Source: a virus (lineage: Duplodnaviria; Heunggongvirae; Uroviricota; Caudoviricetes). From it: DNA of 44,830 nt. Shown here piece after piece: positions 18,248-28,831 of the stretch. The notes beneath the pieces are model-generated. The model was not told where the DNA came from. It was given only the letters and a program-made list of their open reading frames with translations, and made no database searches. Location of the stretch: positions 1 to 44,830 of IMG/VR virus record IMGVR_UViG_2740892487_000005; one strand, 5' to 3'. Every line of letters starts with the position of its first letter. Position 1 is the stretch's first letter. The position numbers and the translations under genes are program-made.

Positions 18248-18786
18248 CTAAAGACGACATTTTCAACAGCATCCTCGGTAAAGAGGGCGGCTACGTGAAT
18301 CATCCGGATGATAAAGGCGGCCCGACGAACTGGAGCATCACCCAAGCAACGGCGCGCGCCCACGGTTATTCCGGAGATATGCGCAACCTGACCCGCGAGC
18401 AGGCCCTCGACATCCTCGAGGCTGATTACTGGTATGGCCCACGCTTCGACCAGGTTGCAACTGCCTCCCCGATCATCGCCGCCGAGCTCTGCGACACCGG
18501 CGTGAACATGGGGCCATCGGTACAAGTGAAATGGTTCCAGCGCTGGCTGAACGTATTCAACAATCAGCAGCAATTCTATCCCGACCTGATCGCCGACGGC
18601 CAAATTGGCCCGCGCAGCATCAGCGCCTTGAAGTCCTTCCTGGAGAAACGCGGACCCGAAGGCGAGACCGTATTGCTCAGAGCACTGAACTGCAGCCAGG
18701 GTCAGCGATATCTCGAGCTGGCAGAGCAGCGCCCGGCTAACGAATCATTCGCCTATGGCTGGATCCGGGAGCGCGTGAGCCTATGA
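18244..18786 (+). CDS. Endolysin (glycoside hydrolase family 108 lysozyme with peptidoglycan-binding domain)
   Basis: Start at ATG 18244; N-terminal …GKEGGYVNHPDDKGGPTNWSIT… motif typical of GH108. Confidence 0.85.
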   Translation: MTKDDIFNSILGKEGGYVNHPDDKGGPTNWSITQATARAHGYSGDMRNLTREQALDILEADYWYGPRFDQVATASPIIAAELCDTGVNMGPSVQVKWFQRWLNVFNNQQQFYPDLIADGQIGPRSISALKSFLEKRGPEGETVLLRALNCSQGQRYLELAEQRPANESFAYGWIRERVSL

Positions 18787-19055
18787 CTAAACTGAAAGCC
18801 ATCCTGGCAGGAATCGGGCTCGCCATCGCGCTGGTACTGGCCGCATTTGGTATTGGCGGTATTCGTGGGCGAGAAAAGGCCGAAGCAGAGTCAGAAAAGA
18901 AACGTACCGACGAGAACGCCGCAGCCACCAAAGCAGCTGCAGAACGACGCGTTGAAGTAACCAAGGAGGCCAGCAATGTTCAGCAGACAGTTAGCCATAT
19001 GCCTGATGACGATGTTGATCGTGAGCTGCGCGCAAACTGGACCCGCAAAGGTTGA
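18783..19055 (+). CDS. Spanin, inner-membrane subunit (Rz-like)
   Basis: N-terminal TM helix followed by charged coiled coil, directly after the endolysin. Confidence 0.6.
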   Translation: MTKLKAILAGIGLAIALVLAAFGIGGIRGREKAEAESEKKRTDENAAATKAAAERRVEVTKEASNVQQTVSHMPDDDVDRELRANWTRKG

Positions 19056-19221
19056 GGTAATCGACACCGGCTGCGACTGGGTCAACGTCATTCGCCTCAC
19101 TGAGCACGACATCGAAGTGATGGATCGCCAGACGAAGAAAGATGTGCTGGCACATAACAAATCGGTGCAGGCGAACTGCCAACCGAGTGAATACCGGGCC
19201 TTACAAACGCGGCCTGAGTGA
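18976..19221 (+). CDS. Spanin, outer-membrane lipoprotein subunit (Rz1-like)
   Basis: Lipoprotein signal with lipobox (MFSRQLAICLMTMLIVSC) in an ORF overlapping the 3' end of the Rz-like gene. Confidence 0.65.
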   Translation: MFSRQLAICLMTMLIVSCAQTGPAKVEVIDTGCDWVNVIRLTEHDIEVMDRQTKKDVLAHNKSVQANCQPSEYRALQTRPE

Positions 19222-19253
19222 AACAGAAACAATAAAGCGAGGTGCTTTCCCCA

Positions 19254-19433
19254 TGAAAAAAAGAAGACCGTGGTTTTATCTCGGTTACTAACTCAATCAG
19301 CGAAGTAAAAAACCTCTTCCTGGGAAATGAAATCCCGCAAGAAGGTGAGGTGCTTGAACTGGTGGTTGTCAAAAGCGAAACCACCGATGACTCATGTGCA
19401 TTGGTGCTTAAGCTGCGTTCAGTTCAAAAATAA
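19254..19433 (+). CDS. Hypothetical small protein (about 59 aa), disrupted by two compensating indels in this sequence
   Basis: ATG 19254 preceded by GAGGTG; A7 run at 19257-19263. Reading is restored by removing one A there and adding one base near 19372-19380, giving …LELVVVKSETTDDSCALVLKLRSVQK*. Confidence 0.25.
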
Positions 19434-19545
19434 GACGAACTGATTGACAAATTGAGTATTTCACGTGTGAATTGATGTAACTCATCGATTACTCTGGTGT
19501 ATGAATTCATTATGAATTTCCACTCATCAGTATCGGAGAATATCG

Positions 19546-20287
19546 ATGCATCAACACATAGCAAACGCCACGTTTCAGGTCATCGCAGGTGACTCAAGTG
19601 GCAGTGGTTTTAGCTTCATCCGTGAAGATTTAGTTGTCACTAATTACCATGTTATAGAGTCATGCTTTAATCTAGAAACCAGAAGTCAAACCCATAGCAT
19701 CATCCTGAAAACGGAAGCTAATGAGCAAATTGCAGCTGGGATTGTCTACTTTGACCACGGTAATGATTTTGTCATCATGAAACTGCTTTCAGCACTGCCC
19801 ACAGGTAGAGTTGTTCTTCAGCCTTCCGTTGGTTTTTCACCCACCAGAGGCAAAAAAAATTATCTTTGCCGGTTATCCACACGGAATACCGCAGTTGCTG
19901 ACAAATGAAGCAATTATCTCAGCACCTATGGAGTTAGGCAGATTTGCAATTGATGGTATGGTCAATGGTGGTAATTCTGGCGGGCCAATTATAGATCGAG
20001 CCTCTGGCGAACTGGTGGGTGTCGTCACTCGGCGTAGATATCTTATGGGCGATCAAGCTGATGCTTTCAGTGAGGAGATTGAAAATTTGCGCCAATATCT
20101 TGCTGCAGCAAGCCAACATGGAAGTGTAGCAATAATGGGTGTCAATTTCGGCCAGATGGCAGATATGTTCGGTAGATCGCTACAGATAGTTTCAGATATG
20201 ATGTTGCTTAACGCTAATTCTGGCATCGGAATAGGATTCTCAATGCAGCCTATCATTGACGCCCTTAGCACCATCCCAACAGAATAA
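19546..20287 (+). CDS. Trypsin-like (S1/chymotrypsin-fold) serine protease, no signal peptide; split by an indel in this sequence
   Basis: ORFs 19546..19908 and 19811..20287 join when one A is removed from the A8 run at 19851-19858. Catalytic triad context TNYHV / DFVIMKL / GNSGGP. RBS GGAGAA before the ATG. Confidence 0.8.
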
Positions 20288-20315
20288 ACGTTCATCATGT
20301 GAGCGGTCACAAGAT

Positions 20316-20339
20316 AAAGCCTCGCATCAACGAGGCTTT
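20316..20339. terminator. Hairpin between convergent genes (weak bidirectional terminator candidate)
   Basis: Perfect 9-bp inverted repeat AAAGCCTCG/CGAGGCTTT with 6-nt loop; flanking U-tracts are weak. Confidence 0.35.
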
Positions 20340-20366
20340 AGGACAAATTCAGGGGAATTCATATCC

Positions 20367-20801
20367 TTAATCTTTTATTACTTCAAATTCTATCGTATCC
20401 CCCAAGGACTCCGTCATTACAGCGCACTTTATGACTGTAGTGCGCGAATTGGCTTCATTATCTACGAGTGCCTTTCGGAATATCGCTGAAAACTTGCTGA
20501 TCACGTCATTTCTTTGATCTCTAAAATTCGATCCTTCAATACGGATCAAGCCTTTGATGGCCGTTTCTAAGTCTTCTAGCTTTTGCCAATAAGTGAATGG
20601 TCTTGCTGCATTCTCGCTAAAAGTCTCCAGTTCACTCAATTTCTTAAGCTTGCCGATGTCGACGCGAACAGCATCGGATATTTCTTTCGCTCTATGAGTA
20701 TTCCCAACTTTGTTTACAGAGTATGTAAGTAAAAAGTATTCATGCAGCATCATTTGTTCCATTAATGAGATTGATACTAAAAAATTGGGACAAAAAGTCA
20801 T
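20367..20801 (-). CDS. Hypothetical protein (131-144 aa), convergent partner of the protease gene
   Basis: AT-rich ORF with no family recognised; start may be the internal Met at 20762. Confidence 0.55.
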   Translation of the reverse strand: MTFCPNFLVSISLMEQMMLHEYFLLTYSVNKVGNTHRAKEISDAVRVDIGKLKKLSELETFSENAARPFTYWQKLEDLETAIKGLIRIEGSNFRDQRNDVISKFSAIFRKALVDNEANSRTTVIKCAVMTESLGDTIEFEVIKD

Positions 20802-20879
20802 TATTCAATAGTAAGTTAAAAATTTTTCCAGCCATTTAAATCGGCGGATCGCTAAAGTCTTATCTATAGGAGCAGTATC

Positions 20880-21481
20880 ATGAGCAAACCGGACTGGGAG
20901 GCTATTGAATCGGCTTACCGGGCCGGAGTGATGTCCCTTCGCGAAATAGCATCGCAGCATGGCATCAGCGAAGGTGCTATCCGTAAGCGTGCCAAGCGTG
21001 ATGAATGGTCACGTGACCTCAACGCGAAGGTGAAAGAGCGCGCTGACGATCTGGTACGCAAAGCGAGGTACGCAAGCAGGTACGCAGCGAAACGGTACTT
21101 TCTGAGCGCGTACTAATCGAGGCCACTGCCGAGGTAATTGCCACAGTACGCATGGAGCACCGCGGCGACATCCGCCGGGCGAGGACTCTTGCGAACGCAC
21201 TGTTTGATGAGCTCGAGGCTGAGTGCGCAGACGTTGAGGCGCTGCGTACCTTGGGCCAAATGATGCTGTGTCCAGATGAGAACGGGCGTGACCGGCTGAA
21301 CGAGCTTTACCATGCCATCATCAGCATGCCCGAGCGCGTGAAGTCGATGAAAGCGCTGAGCGAGACGTTGAAGAATCTGATTGGCCTCGAGCGGCAGGCC
21401 TACAGCATGGACGAAGGCGAAAAAGATAAGGTCGTTGACGCGCTGTCTGACCTGATGGATTCGCTCTCTCAGGGGGCGTAA
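20880..21481 (+). CDS. Terminase small subunit; split by an indel in this sequence
   Basis: ORF 20880..21116 (HTH-type N-terminus MSKPDWEAIESAYRAGVMSLREIASQHGISEGAIRKRAKR) continues in ORF 21152..21481 after a one-base deletion near 21063-21066. Confidence 0.7.
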
Positions 21482-22952
21482 TGAAACCTGAGCACCTCAA
21501 GCTTCTGGCTGATAAAGACTGGCGGCTGAACAATCTCTACTGGATCACTGACAAAGAGGGTAAGCCCACGCGCTTCAGGATGACGCCTGAGCAGCGGGAA
21601 TATTTCGAGGGGATCCATACCCGCAACATCATCCTGAAAGCCCGGCAGCTCGGTTTCACCACCGAGGTGTGCATCATCCAGCTGGACGCGGCGCTGTTCG
21701 AGTCGGCGAAGTGCGCGCTGATTGCCCACACCCTGAACGACGCCAAGCGCCTGTTCCGTGAAAAGGTGAAGTACGCCTACGACAAGCTGCCCAAAGAAAT
21801 CAGGGCTGCGAACCCGGCAAGTAACGACTCTTCTGGTGAGCTGGTGTTTAAAAAGGGCGGATCGCTCTACGTCAGCACCTCATTTCGTGGTGGTACGCTG
21901 CGTTACCTGCATGTTTCCGAGTTCGGCAAGATATGCGCCAAGTATCCGGACAAAGCTCGTGAGATCGTCACTGGTGCGTTTGAAGCGGTGTCGACAGGAT
22001 GCTTCGCACTATTGAGAGTACGGCGGAGGGCCGGGCGGGATACTTCTTCGATTACTGCCAGACCGCCGAGAGAGCATTGCTTCAGGGCAAACCGCTATCC
22101 GCGCTGGACTGGAAGTTTTTCTTCTTCTCATGGTGGAAGAATCCGCAGTACGCAATCGACCCGTTAGAGCCGCTACCGCAGCGTCTGGTTGATTACTTCG
22201 CCGAGATGAAGGCTAAGCACGGAGTTGTCGTAAACAACCGCCAGAAGGCCTGGTACTACGCCAAAGAGAAAACGCTCGGCGACGACATGAAGCGCGAGTA
22301 CCCGACCATCCCGGCCGAGGCATTCCAGCAGTCGGTCGAAGGCGCGTACTACGCCAAGCAGTTCCGCTGGCTCTACACCAATAAGCGGATCGGCCAGATT
22401 CCGGATAACTCACACCTCCCGGTTCACACGTTCTGGGATATCGGCGTGGGCGACTCCACGGCTATCTGGTTCGTTCGTGAGGTTGGCGAAGAGTTCCACA
22501 TCATCGACTACTACGAAAACTCAGGCGAGGGCCTGCGGCACTACATGAAGGTGCTGAAAGACCGCGGGTATACCTACGGTGAGCACTGGGGGCCGCACGA
22601 TATCGAGAACCGCGAGTTTGCCGCTGATGCGAAATCCCGCAAAGAGCTGGCGCGCGAAGGTTACGAAATCGATGGTCAGATGTACTCGCTGAATTTCAAA
22701 GTGGTGCCGAAAGCCGGCATCGATACCGGCATCGAGTCGGCGCGTGAAATCCTCCCGAAATGCGTATTCGACGAGGAGAAATGCTCGGAAGGCATCTCTC
22801 ACCTTGAGGGCTACCGGAAAGAGTGGGACGACAAACGCGGCTGCTGGAAAGACAAACCTCTCCATGACGCCACCTCACACGGTGCTGACGGCTTCCGTTA
22901 CTTCGCAGTGACGAAGAACAACCGCAAGCAGGTCGGCGCAGTATTCTTCTAA
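21481..22952 (+). CDS. Terminase large subunit; split by an indel in this sequence
   Basis: N-terminal ATPase ORF 21481..22167 and C-terminal nuclease ORF 21999..22952 (…IESTAEGRAGYFFDY…) meet at about 21997-21999, where one base appears to be missing. Confidence 0.9.
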
Positions 22953-22964
22953 GGAGCATCGCCA

Positions 22965-24434
22965 GTGAGCGAACAAGATAACGGCCTCAAACTGGCTGTG
23001 AACAACCTCGCCACTGAAATGAGGCGAGCGAATTACCTGAATGCCATCGGCATTGGGGGCGGCAACACGAAGCGCCCGACGCTCTATCAGGAGTTTGGCT
23101 ACCCGCGCACGATCACGTTCAACGACTTCTACAACATGTACCGCCGCAATGCCGCCGGGTTCGCTGTGGTGCACCGCCTGCTGGATGGGTGCTGGCAGGA
23201 TTACCCGGTCATCATCGACGGTGACGAGACGGAAGAAGCGAAAGAGACCAATTCGTGGGAAAAGAAAGTCACCCGCTTCATGAAAAAGCTGTGGTCGAAG
23301 GTTAAAGACGCCGATCGCCGCAATATGGTTGGACGTTACTCCGCTCTGTTGTTGCAGGTGAAAGACAATAACCCCTGGAGCGAGCCAGTCGACATCAAGC
23401 TGGTGAAATCCCTCGGTGAGTCTGCGCTGGTGAAGCTGATCCCGGTATGGGAGCCGCAACTAACCGTCGCTGACTGGGATAACGACCGCCTCTCGTCCAC
23501 CTTCGGCCAGCCGTTGATGTTCAACTTCAACGAACAGCCGGTGGGCGATGACCAATTTGTCGGGCCGATGCGCGGTGAGCCTGTGCACCCAAGCCGGGTG
23601 ATCCTTTTCTGTGAAGGTTCAGAGGATGAAAATGTCCTGTCTGGCATCCCGCTGCTTGAGGCCGGCTATAACAAAGGACTGGACCTCGAAAAAAGTATCA
23701 GGTGGCGGAGCCGAGGGTTTCCTGAAGAACGCCAGCCGCCAGATCGCGGTTGAGTTCAGCAAAGATACGGACATGGCCACACTTGCCAGCCAGGCAAAGG
23801 CAGCTGGTTATGACGATCTCGGCAGGCGATGGGCGACAAGGTCAACAAACTGAACCGCGGGACCGACGCCGCCGCTGTCATGCAGGCCGGGCAGATGCGG
23901 GTGCTCAGCGTGACGCCGGGTGACCCGGGGCCGACGTGGGAGGTTACTGCGAACGAACTGGCCGCCTCCGTGCAGATCCCATTCACCATCCTGTTTGGGC
24001 AACAGACCGGACGCCTGGCGAGCGACGAGGACAAAACCGACTGGGCCATTCGGCGCAACACGCGACGTAACACTTTCCTGACCGACCGAATCACCGCGCT
24101 ACTCGAGCGCTTCTGGACGCTGGGCATCATTGACCCGCCAACAAATGGCGAAGTCACTATCCAGTGGAGCGATCTGCTGGCGCCCGGCGAGAAAGAGAAA
24201 ATCGAGAACATGTCCAAGCTGGCTGATGTCGTCCAGAAAACAACTGGCATGTATGGCGGTGAAGCGCCGTTGACTATCAACGAACTGCGACAGGTAATCG
24301 GGCTTGAGCCATTACCTGAGCCCAAAGAACCGCCGAACCCGGACGATAAGGTGACAACCGATGATCCACTGGCCGATGACACCCGAACAGAAGGAGAAGG
24401 TGGGCCTGCCGATAGTTCCGCGCAGCAAGGTTGA
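22965..24434 (+). CDS. Portal protein (DUF1073/HI1409-like); split by two indels in this sequence
   Basis: Three consecutive ORFs (22965..23753, 23611..23853, 23829..24434) read as one protein if one A is removed from the A6 run at 23689-23694 and one base is added near 23826-23830. GTG start after AAGGAG. Confidence 0.75.
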
Positions 24435-25359
24435 CCCGACGCGATCGGCAAAACAGGTCAGCGCGATGTTCCGGGATATCGAAGAGCGTTATCTCGGCAT
24501 TAAGCGCGCCATTAAAGTCCTGTTCGACCAGCGCCTGACCGGGCGAGAGCGAGATGTTAACAGCCACAACTGGCACTTCCTGTGTCACGTCAACGGTGAA
24601 GATCAGAGGCTCTACCAGGTCAACGCTGGGAAGTTCATCTACGACATGACGCCGCAGGAACTGGCGGAGCTGCTGGAGGCTGTGCAGGGCATCCTGGATG
24701 ACTATCTGCTGGACGGTGGGGAGAACAATCAGTGGGCGATGGATTACATCGTCGCTGAGGCGCAGCGCGGCACGCTGGAGGCGTTTAACAACCTATCGCA
24801 GCAGTCGCAGGTATACGCCAACCAGACGACGCTACAGCAGCTTTTAAGCAGCCCCGGTTATCAAAACCAGATTGCCTCCGCCAGGCTGACAACGTTCAGC
24901 GACTGGAAGGCTATTAGCGATGCCGCCCGGGCAGACCTGACAGGCATTATCGCCGACGCGGTGGCACGTGGGGTTAACCCGAGGGAAACGGCCAGCGTTA
25001 TCAGTAAGCGCCTTGACGTGTCGATGAGCCGGGCAAAGTCGATTGCCCAGACCGAGCAGGTCGGCGCGCTGCGGCAGGCGCAATGGAACGAAACGGACTG
25101 GGCCGCTGACCGGCTGGGGCTGAATACCGGCCTGCTGTGGCTGTCAGCGCTCAAGCCCACAACCCGCAGCTGGCACGCCAGCCGTCATGGCAGGGTCTAC
25201 ACCACCGAAGAGGTGCGCGACTTCTACGCCGTGAACGGCAACCGGTACAACTGCTACTGCAGCCAGATTCCGGTGCTGCTCAACGACGACGGCAGCATAT
25301 TCAACGAAGGGCTGGCGGATAAGCTTGCTAAAGAGCGCAAGCAGTGGTCCGCTCAGTAG
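24361..25359 (+). CDS. Head morphogenesis protein (SPP1 gp7 / Mu F-like minor head protein)
   Basis: 332 aa with the Mu F-like C-terminal region (…WLSALKPTTRSWHASRHGRVYT…), downstream of the portal. Confidence 0.75.
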   Translation: MIHWPMTPEQKEKVGLPIVPRSKVDPTRSAKQVSAMFRDIEERYLGIKRAIKVLFDQRLTGRERDVNSHNWHFLCHVNGEDQRLYQVNAGKFIYDMTPQELAELLEAVQGILDDYLLDGGENNQWAMDYIVAEAQRGTLEAFNNLSQQSQVYANQTTLQQLLSSPGYQNQIASARLTTFSDWKAISDAARADLTGIIADAVARGVNPRETASVISKRLDVSMSRAKSIAQTEQVGALRQAQWNETDWAADRLGLNTGLLWLSALKPTTRSWHASRHGRVYTTEEVRDFYAVNGNRYNCYCSQIPVLLNDDGSIFNEGLADKLAKERKQWSAQ

Positions 25360-25416
25360 ACATTTCCGTATTAAATATATATAAATCAGCATTAAAATTT
25401 TTACGGATGGAAAATA

Positions 25417-25857
25417 ATGCGGAAGATTTTGTCTTGGATCGGAGGGCTCATCGCAGTAACGTCGGGAGTGGTTACGCTTGTTGCTTTCTTTCTTCCACAG
25501 TACGTACCAGTGCAAACCAGATTAGCAATTGGGCGATTTATTGAGTTTATGAAGGTAAACCCATATGGCACTCTTATTACGATTGTGTGCTTGGTACTTT
25601 TAGCTGTAGTTTGGATATTAAGCAGTAAGGTGATAGAGCTTACTAAAGGAACCAAGCTATTCGCCATGTGCGGATTGTACTGGAGCAAAGACAACCAGCC
25701 TTTTTGCCCAAAGTGTAAAGAACCAGCTTCAGTGCATGACGATGATGAGTCTTATCGCTGTAATTCATGCGGGAGAATTATTTTCCCCAGTGGCGAGTCG
25801 AAACAAATATCCATCACGGAAGCTTTGCAAATAGTAAATTCAAAAAGAGGTCGCTAA
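25417..25857 (+). CDS. Membrane protein with two TM helices and a C-terminal 4-Cys zinc ribbon (cargo gene)
   Basis: 146 aa; TM helices near residues 8-30 and 50-70; CPKC…CNSC motif. AT-rich island with its own RBS and terminator inside the head module. Confidence 0.65.
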   Translation: MRKILSWIGGLIAVTSGVVTLVAFFLPQYVPVQTRLAIGRFIEFMKVNPYGTLITIVCLVLLAVVWILSSKVIELTKGTKLFAMCGLYWSKDNQPFCPKCKEPASVHDDDESYRCNSCGRIIFPSGESKQISITEALQIVNSKRGR

Positions 25858-25870
25858 GGCGGCCTTTTTT
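25848..25870 (+). terminator. Intrinsic terminator after the cargo gene
   Basis: 7-bp stem (one G-U pair) with 4-nt loop followed by T6. Confidence 0.55.
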
Positions 25871-25902
25871 TATTGCCTGAACCCCACCAATGAGGACCCA
25901 GC

Positions 25903-27291
25903 ATGAAACGCAACCGCGTTAACGTGCTGACCGTCGTCAACTCCGCTTCAAACATCACCACTGAAACCATCGACGGCAAGCCACATATCGTGGTTCGCGG
26001 CATCACGCCTGTCGTGGACGATATTGTGATGAACCGGAAGTTGTACCCGGCAGCAGAAATCGAAAAGGCCTACAACACGCTTGAGCGTAACCCGATGCCG
26101 CTGGGCCACCCGAAAGTGGACGGCAAGCACGTTTCGGCGCGCGATGTCCGGGCGGTTAATAACTATCACGTCGGGGCTTGGCTGCAGAACGTCAGCCACA
26201 AAGACGGCAAGGTGACGGGTGACATGTACGTGAACCGCCAGTACGCCGAATCCAGTGAGAAGGGCAAGCGCCTCATCAACCGCCTGGACGAGATGCTGGC
26301 TGGCACCAACTCCGACCCGATCCACATCTCCACCGGACTGCTGTATTCCGGTATTGCCGCTAACGGCGAGTCGAAGGGCAAAAAGTACAACGAGATCGCC
26401 ACCAACATGATGTTCGACCATGTTGCGGTCCTGCTCGATGAGCCGGGCGCCGGAACGCCGGATGAAGGGGTGGGCATCTTCGTGAATGCCGAGGGGGATG
26501 AGCAGGAGATCGAAGTGGCTAACCTGGCCGACGCCGCCGACTGCACCCGCGAAGGCATGCTCAACAAAACCCGTTTCTTCTTCACCAACGCCTCCAATTT
26601 TTCCTTCGACGATATCCAGCTCGCCATCAGCGACAAGTTGCGCGAGGGTGCGGGCGAAGATAAGTGGCTCTGGCCGGAGACGGTGTGGCCCGACAATTTC
26701 ATCTACCGGGACGAAACCAGATACCTGAAGCAAAAGTACCTCATCGATGATGCCGGTAAGGCCGTATTCGTCGGAGAGCCTGTAGAAGTCGTGCGCAAAC
26801 CAACTGAGTACGAGATTAAAACCAACGGAGAGAACGATCCGATGAAAGAACTGATTATCAATGCGCTGCAAGCCGCTGGTAAGCCGACCGAAGGCAAGTC
26901 CGACGCTGAGCTGATGGACGCATACAACCAGCTGGCAGCAGAGAAGGCGGCCGCCAAAACCGAAACGCCCGAAGAGAAGGCGACTCGCGAAAAGGCTGAG
27001 AAAGAAGGGCGTGAGCGCGCCAACAACCAGGCAGAAGCCCCGGCATGGTTTAAGCCATTCGCCGACGATCTCGCTGCGGTTAAATCTGGCCTGACCGTTA
27101 ACGCCGATAAGGAGAAAGGCGAAAAGCGCGCAGCTGTGAAGCTGGCGATGAACATGAGCGATGACGAAGTCGCGGATCTGGACGGTAAGGCGCTCGACGC
27201 CATGTACGCCAAGTGCCAGACCTCCATCGGCCTGAATGGTTCATTCCGACAGGCTACCAATAACCAGTCAGTCAGCGAAATGCCGGAGTAA
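25903..27291 (+). CDS. Capsid scaffolding/assembly protein (DUF2213-like)
   Basis: 462 aa with an acidic, Ala/Lys/Glu-rich C-terminal half, between the head morphogenesis and capsid genes. Confidence 0.55.
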   Translation: MKRNRVNVLTVVNSASNITTETIDGKPHIVVRGITPVVDDIVMNRKLYPAAEIEKAYNTLERNPMPLGHPKVDGKHVSARDVRAVNNYHVGAWLQNVSHKDGKVTGDMYVNRQYAESSEKGKRLINRLDEMLAGTNSDPIHISTGLLYSGIAANGESKGKKYNEIATNMMFDHVAVLLDEPGAGTPDEGVGIFVNAEGDEQEIEVANLADAADCTREGMLNKTRFFFTNASNFSFDDIQLAISDKLREGAGEDKWLWPETVWPDNFIYRDETRYLKQKYLIDDAGKAVFVGEPVEVVRKPTEYEIKTNGENDPMKELIINALQAAGKPTEGKSDAELMDAYNQLAAEKAAAKTETPEEKATREKAEKEGRERANNQAEAPAWFKPFADDLAAVKSGLTVNADKEKGEKRAAVKLAMNMSDDEVADLDGKALDAMYAKCQTSIGLNGSFRQATNNQSVSEMPE

Positions 27292-27296
27292 AAAAA

Positions 27297-27729
27297 ATGG
27301 CTAAAGACGGAAAGCACGTAATTCACGCGGGCGGCATTTTCCCAAACCCGCTTCTCAATCGCGAAGGCGCGGCGGCTGCGGCGACCAAGCCCGGCACCAT
27401 CGGTTTCTTCGCCGCCGGCAAGTTCACCGCCTCCGTAGACGGTAATGAACAGGCGATCCTCTATGTCGCTGATTACGACTATCTGCGCTGTCAGACCGTC
27501 GACGATGCGATCCCGGTCGGCGAGCTGGTGGTGGGTATCCATCCGCTGGAAGGTATGTTCCTGAACGTGCGCGCGGCGGCGGGCACCTACAAAAAAAGGC
27601 CAGCCTCTGACCATTGCCAGCGGCCAGGTTAAAGCCGCCGGTACAACCGATAACGTCCGCGCCTACGTCGAAGAAGACGTCGCTTACACCGTGGTGGCAG
27701 GCGACCTGCTGCGCGTCGTAATTAAGTAA
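27297..27729 (+). CDS. Head decoration-like protein (DUF2190-like); split by an indel in this sequence
   Basis: ORF 27297..27632 continues to the stop at 27727-27729 if one A is removed from the A7 run at 27591-27597 (…GTYKKGQPLTIASGQVKAAGTTDNVRAYVEEDVAYTVVAGDLLRVVIK*). Confidence 0.5.
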
Positions 27730-27740
27730 GGAGCACCTGA

Positions 27741-28822
27741 ATGCTTGTATTTTCCCGCTCTATCGGTGAACGCACCGGTAACCTCGAAGTCAACCAGGCG
27801 CAGTTCCGCGAACTGGAGATGGCGCGCAACATGAGTGCGCAGTCTGTCGCTGACTTCATCGCCCGTGCTCGCTTCGGCGAAAACGGACATCTGGATGCCG
27901 TGAACGCCGTGGACGACATCCGCCGTATGTACCGCGCATACGATCAGACCGTGCTGGCGCAGTTCGAACCGAATACCGAGTTCACTCTGTTCAACGACCT
28001 GATGCCGCTGTCCCGCTCTGTTCGCCTGGAAGAGTCCGTGTATGAATATGCGCGTACCGGCGGCCGTGGCTGGGCTCATACCTCCATGTCAGGCCAGATT
28101 GGCGCGGCGCTGGATGCTCGCGCGTACAGCTTCGACGGTACGATGGTGCCGGTGCATGACAGTGGCTTTAAGTTCCACTGGCGTGACCCGATCTTCAACA
28201 AAGGTTCTGCACTGGCATCCCTGGCTGATGCGCAGCGCGGCTCTGTTGATGACGTGCGCCGCAAAATCGTCGACTACATGTTCAACGGCTTCCGCGATTC
28301 AGAAGGCAACTTCGTGACCTTCGACGGCAAGACCTGGAAAGGGTTGAAGAATGACGATCGCGTAGCTCAGGTTGACCTCGGCGCTTCCGGTCTGAACATC
28401 AACTTCGCTACCAGCACTGATCCGGAAGCGATGCGTAACGGGGCGATTAAGCTGCGCGATACGCTGAAACTTCAGAACAACCAGTACGGCCAGCAGACTG
28501 GTACGTTTCCAGCGAAATCATGTCCAACTGGGAGCAGTACTACGACACCCAGAACAAGACCCGCACGGTACTGGAAGAGATCCTGAAACTGTCTGGTATT
28601 GCCGCGGTGAAAGAGGATGCTGAACTGACCGGAAACCAGATCCTGATTGTTCCGCTGGCTGCGGGTGTTATCGCACCAGTTGTTGGTCAGGCCGTTGGTA
28701 CCGTGGCAGATCCGCGCCAGTTCTATAACAGCGACTATGTATGGCGCACCTGGGGTGCTGCTGGCCTGATGGTCAAGCAGGACATCAATCTCAAACACGG
28801 CGTTCTGTACGCTCACAGCTAA
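27741..28822 (+). CDS. Major capsid protein; split by an indel in this sequence
   Basis: ORFs 27741..28586 and 28520..28822 join with a one-base correction at the T3 run 28506-28508. Strong RBS AAGGAG; size about 360 aa. Confidence 0.8.
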
Positions 28823-28831
28823 GGGGTCCCT

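Noticed and set aside
25948-27614. Long minus-strand ORFs (307 aa and 303 aa) inside the scaffold gene
   Set aside because: Antisense to a well-supported plus-strand structural gene in a GC-rich region; products are Arg/Ala/Ser-rich, typical of shadow frames.
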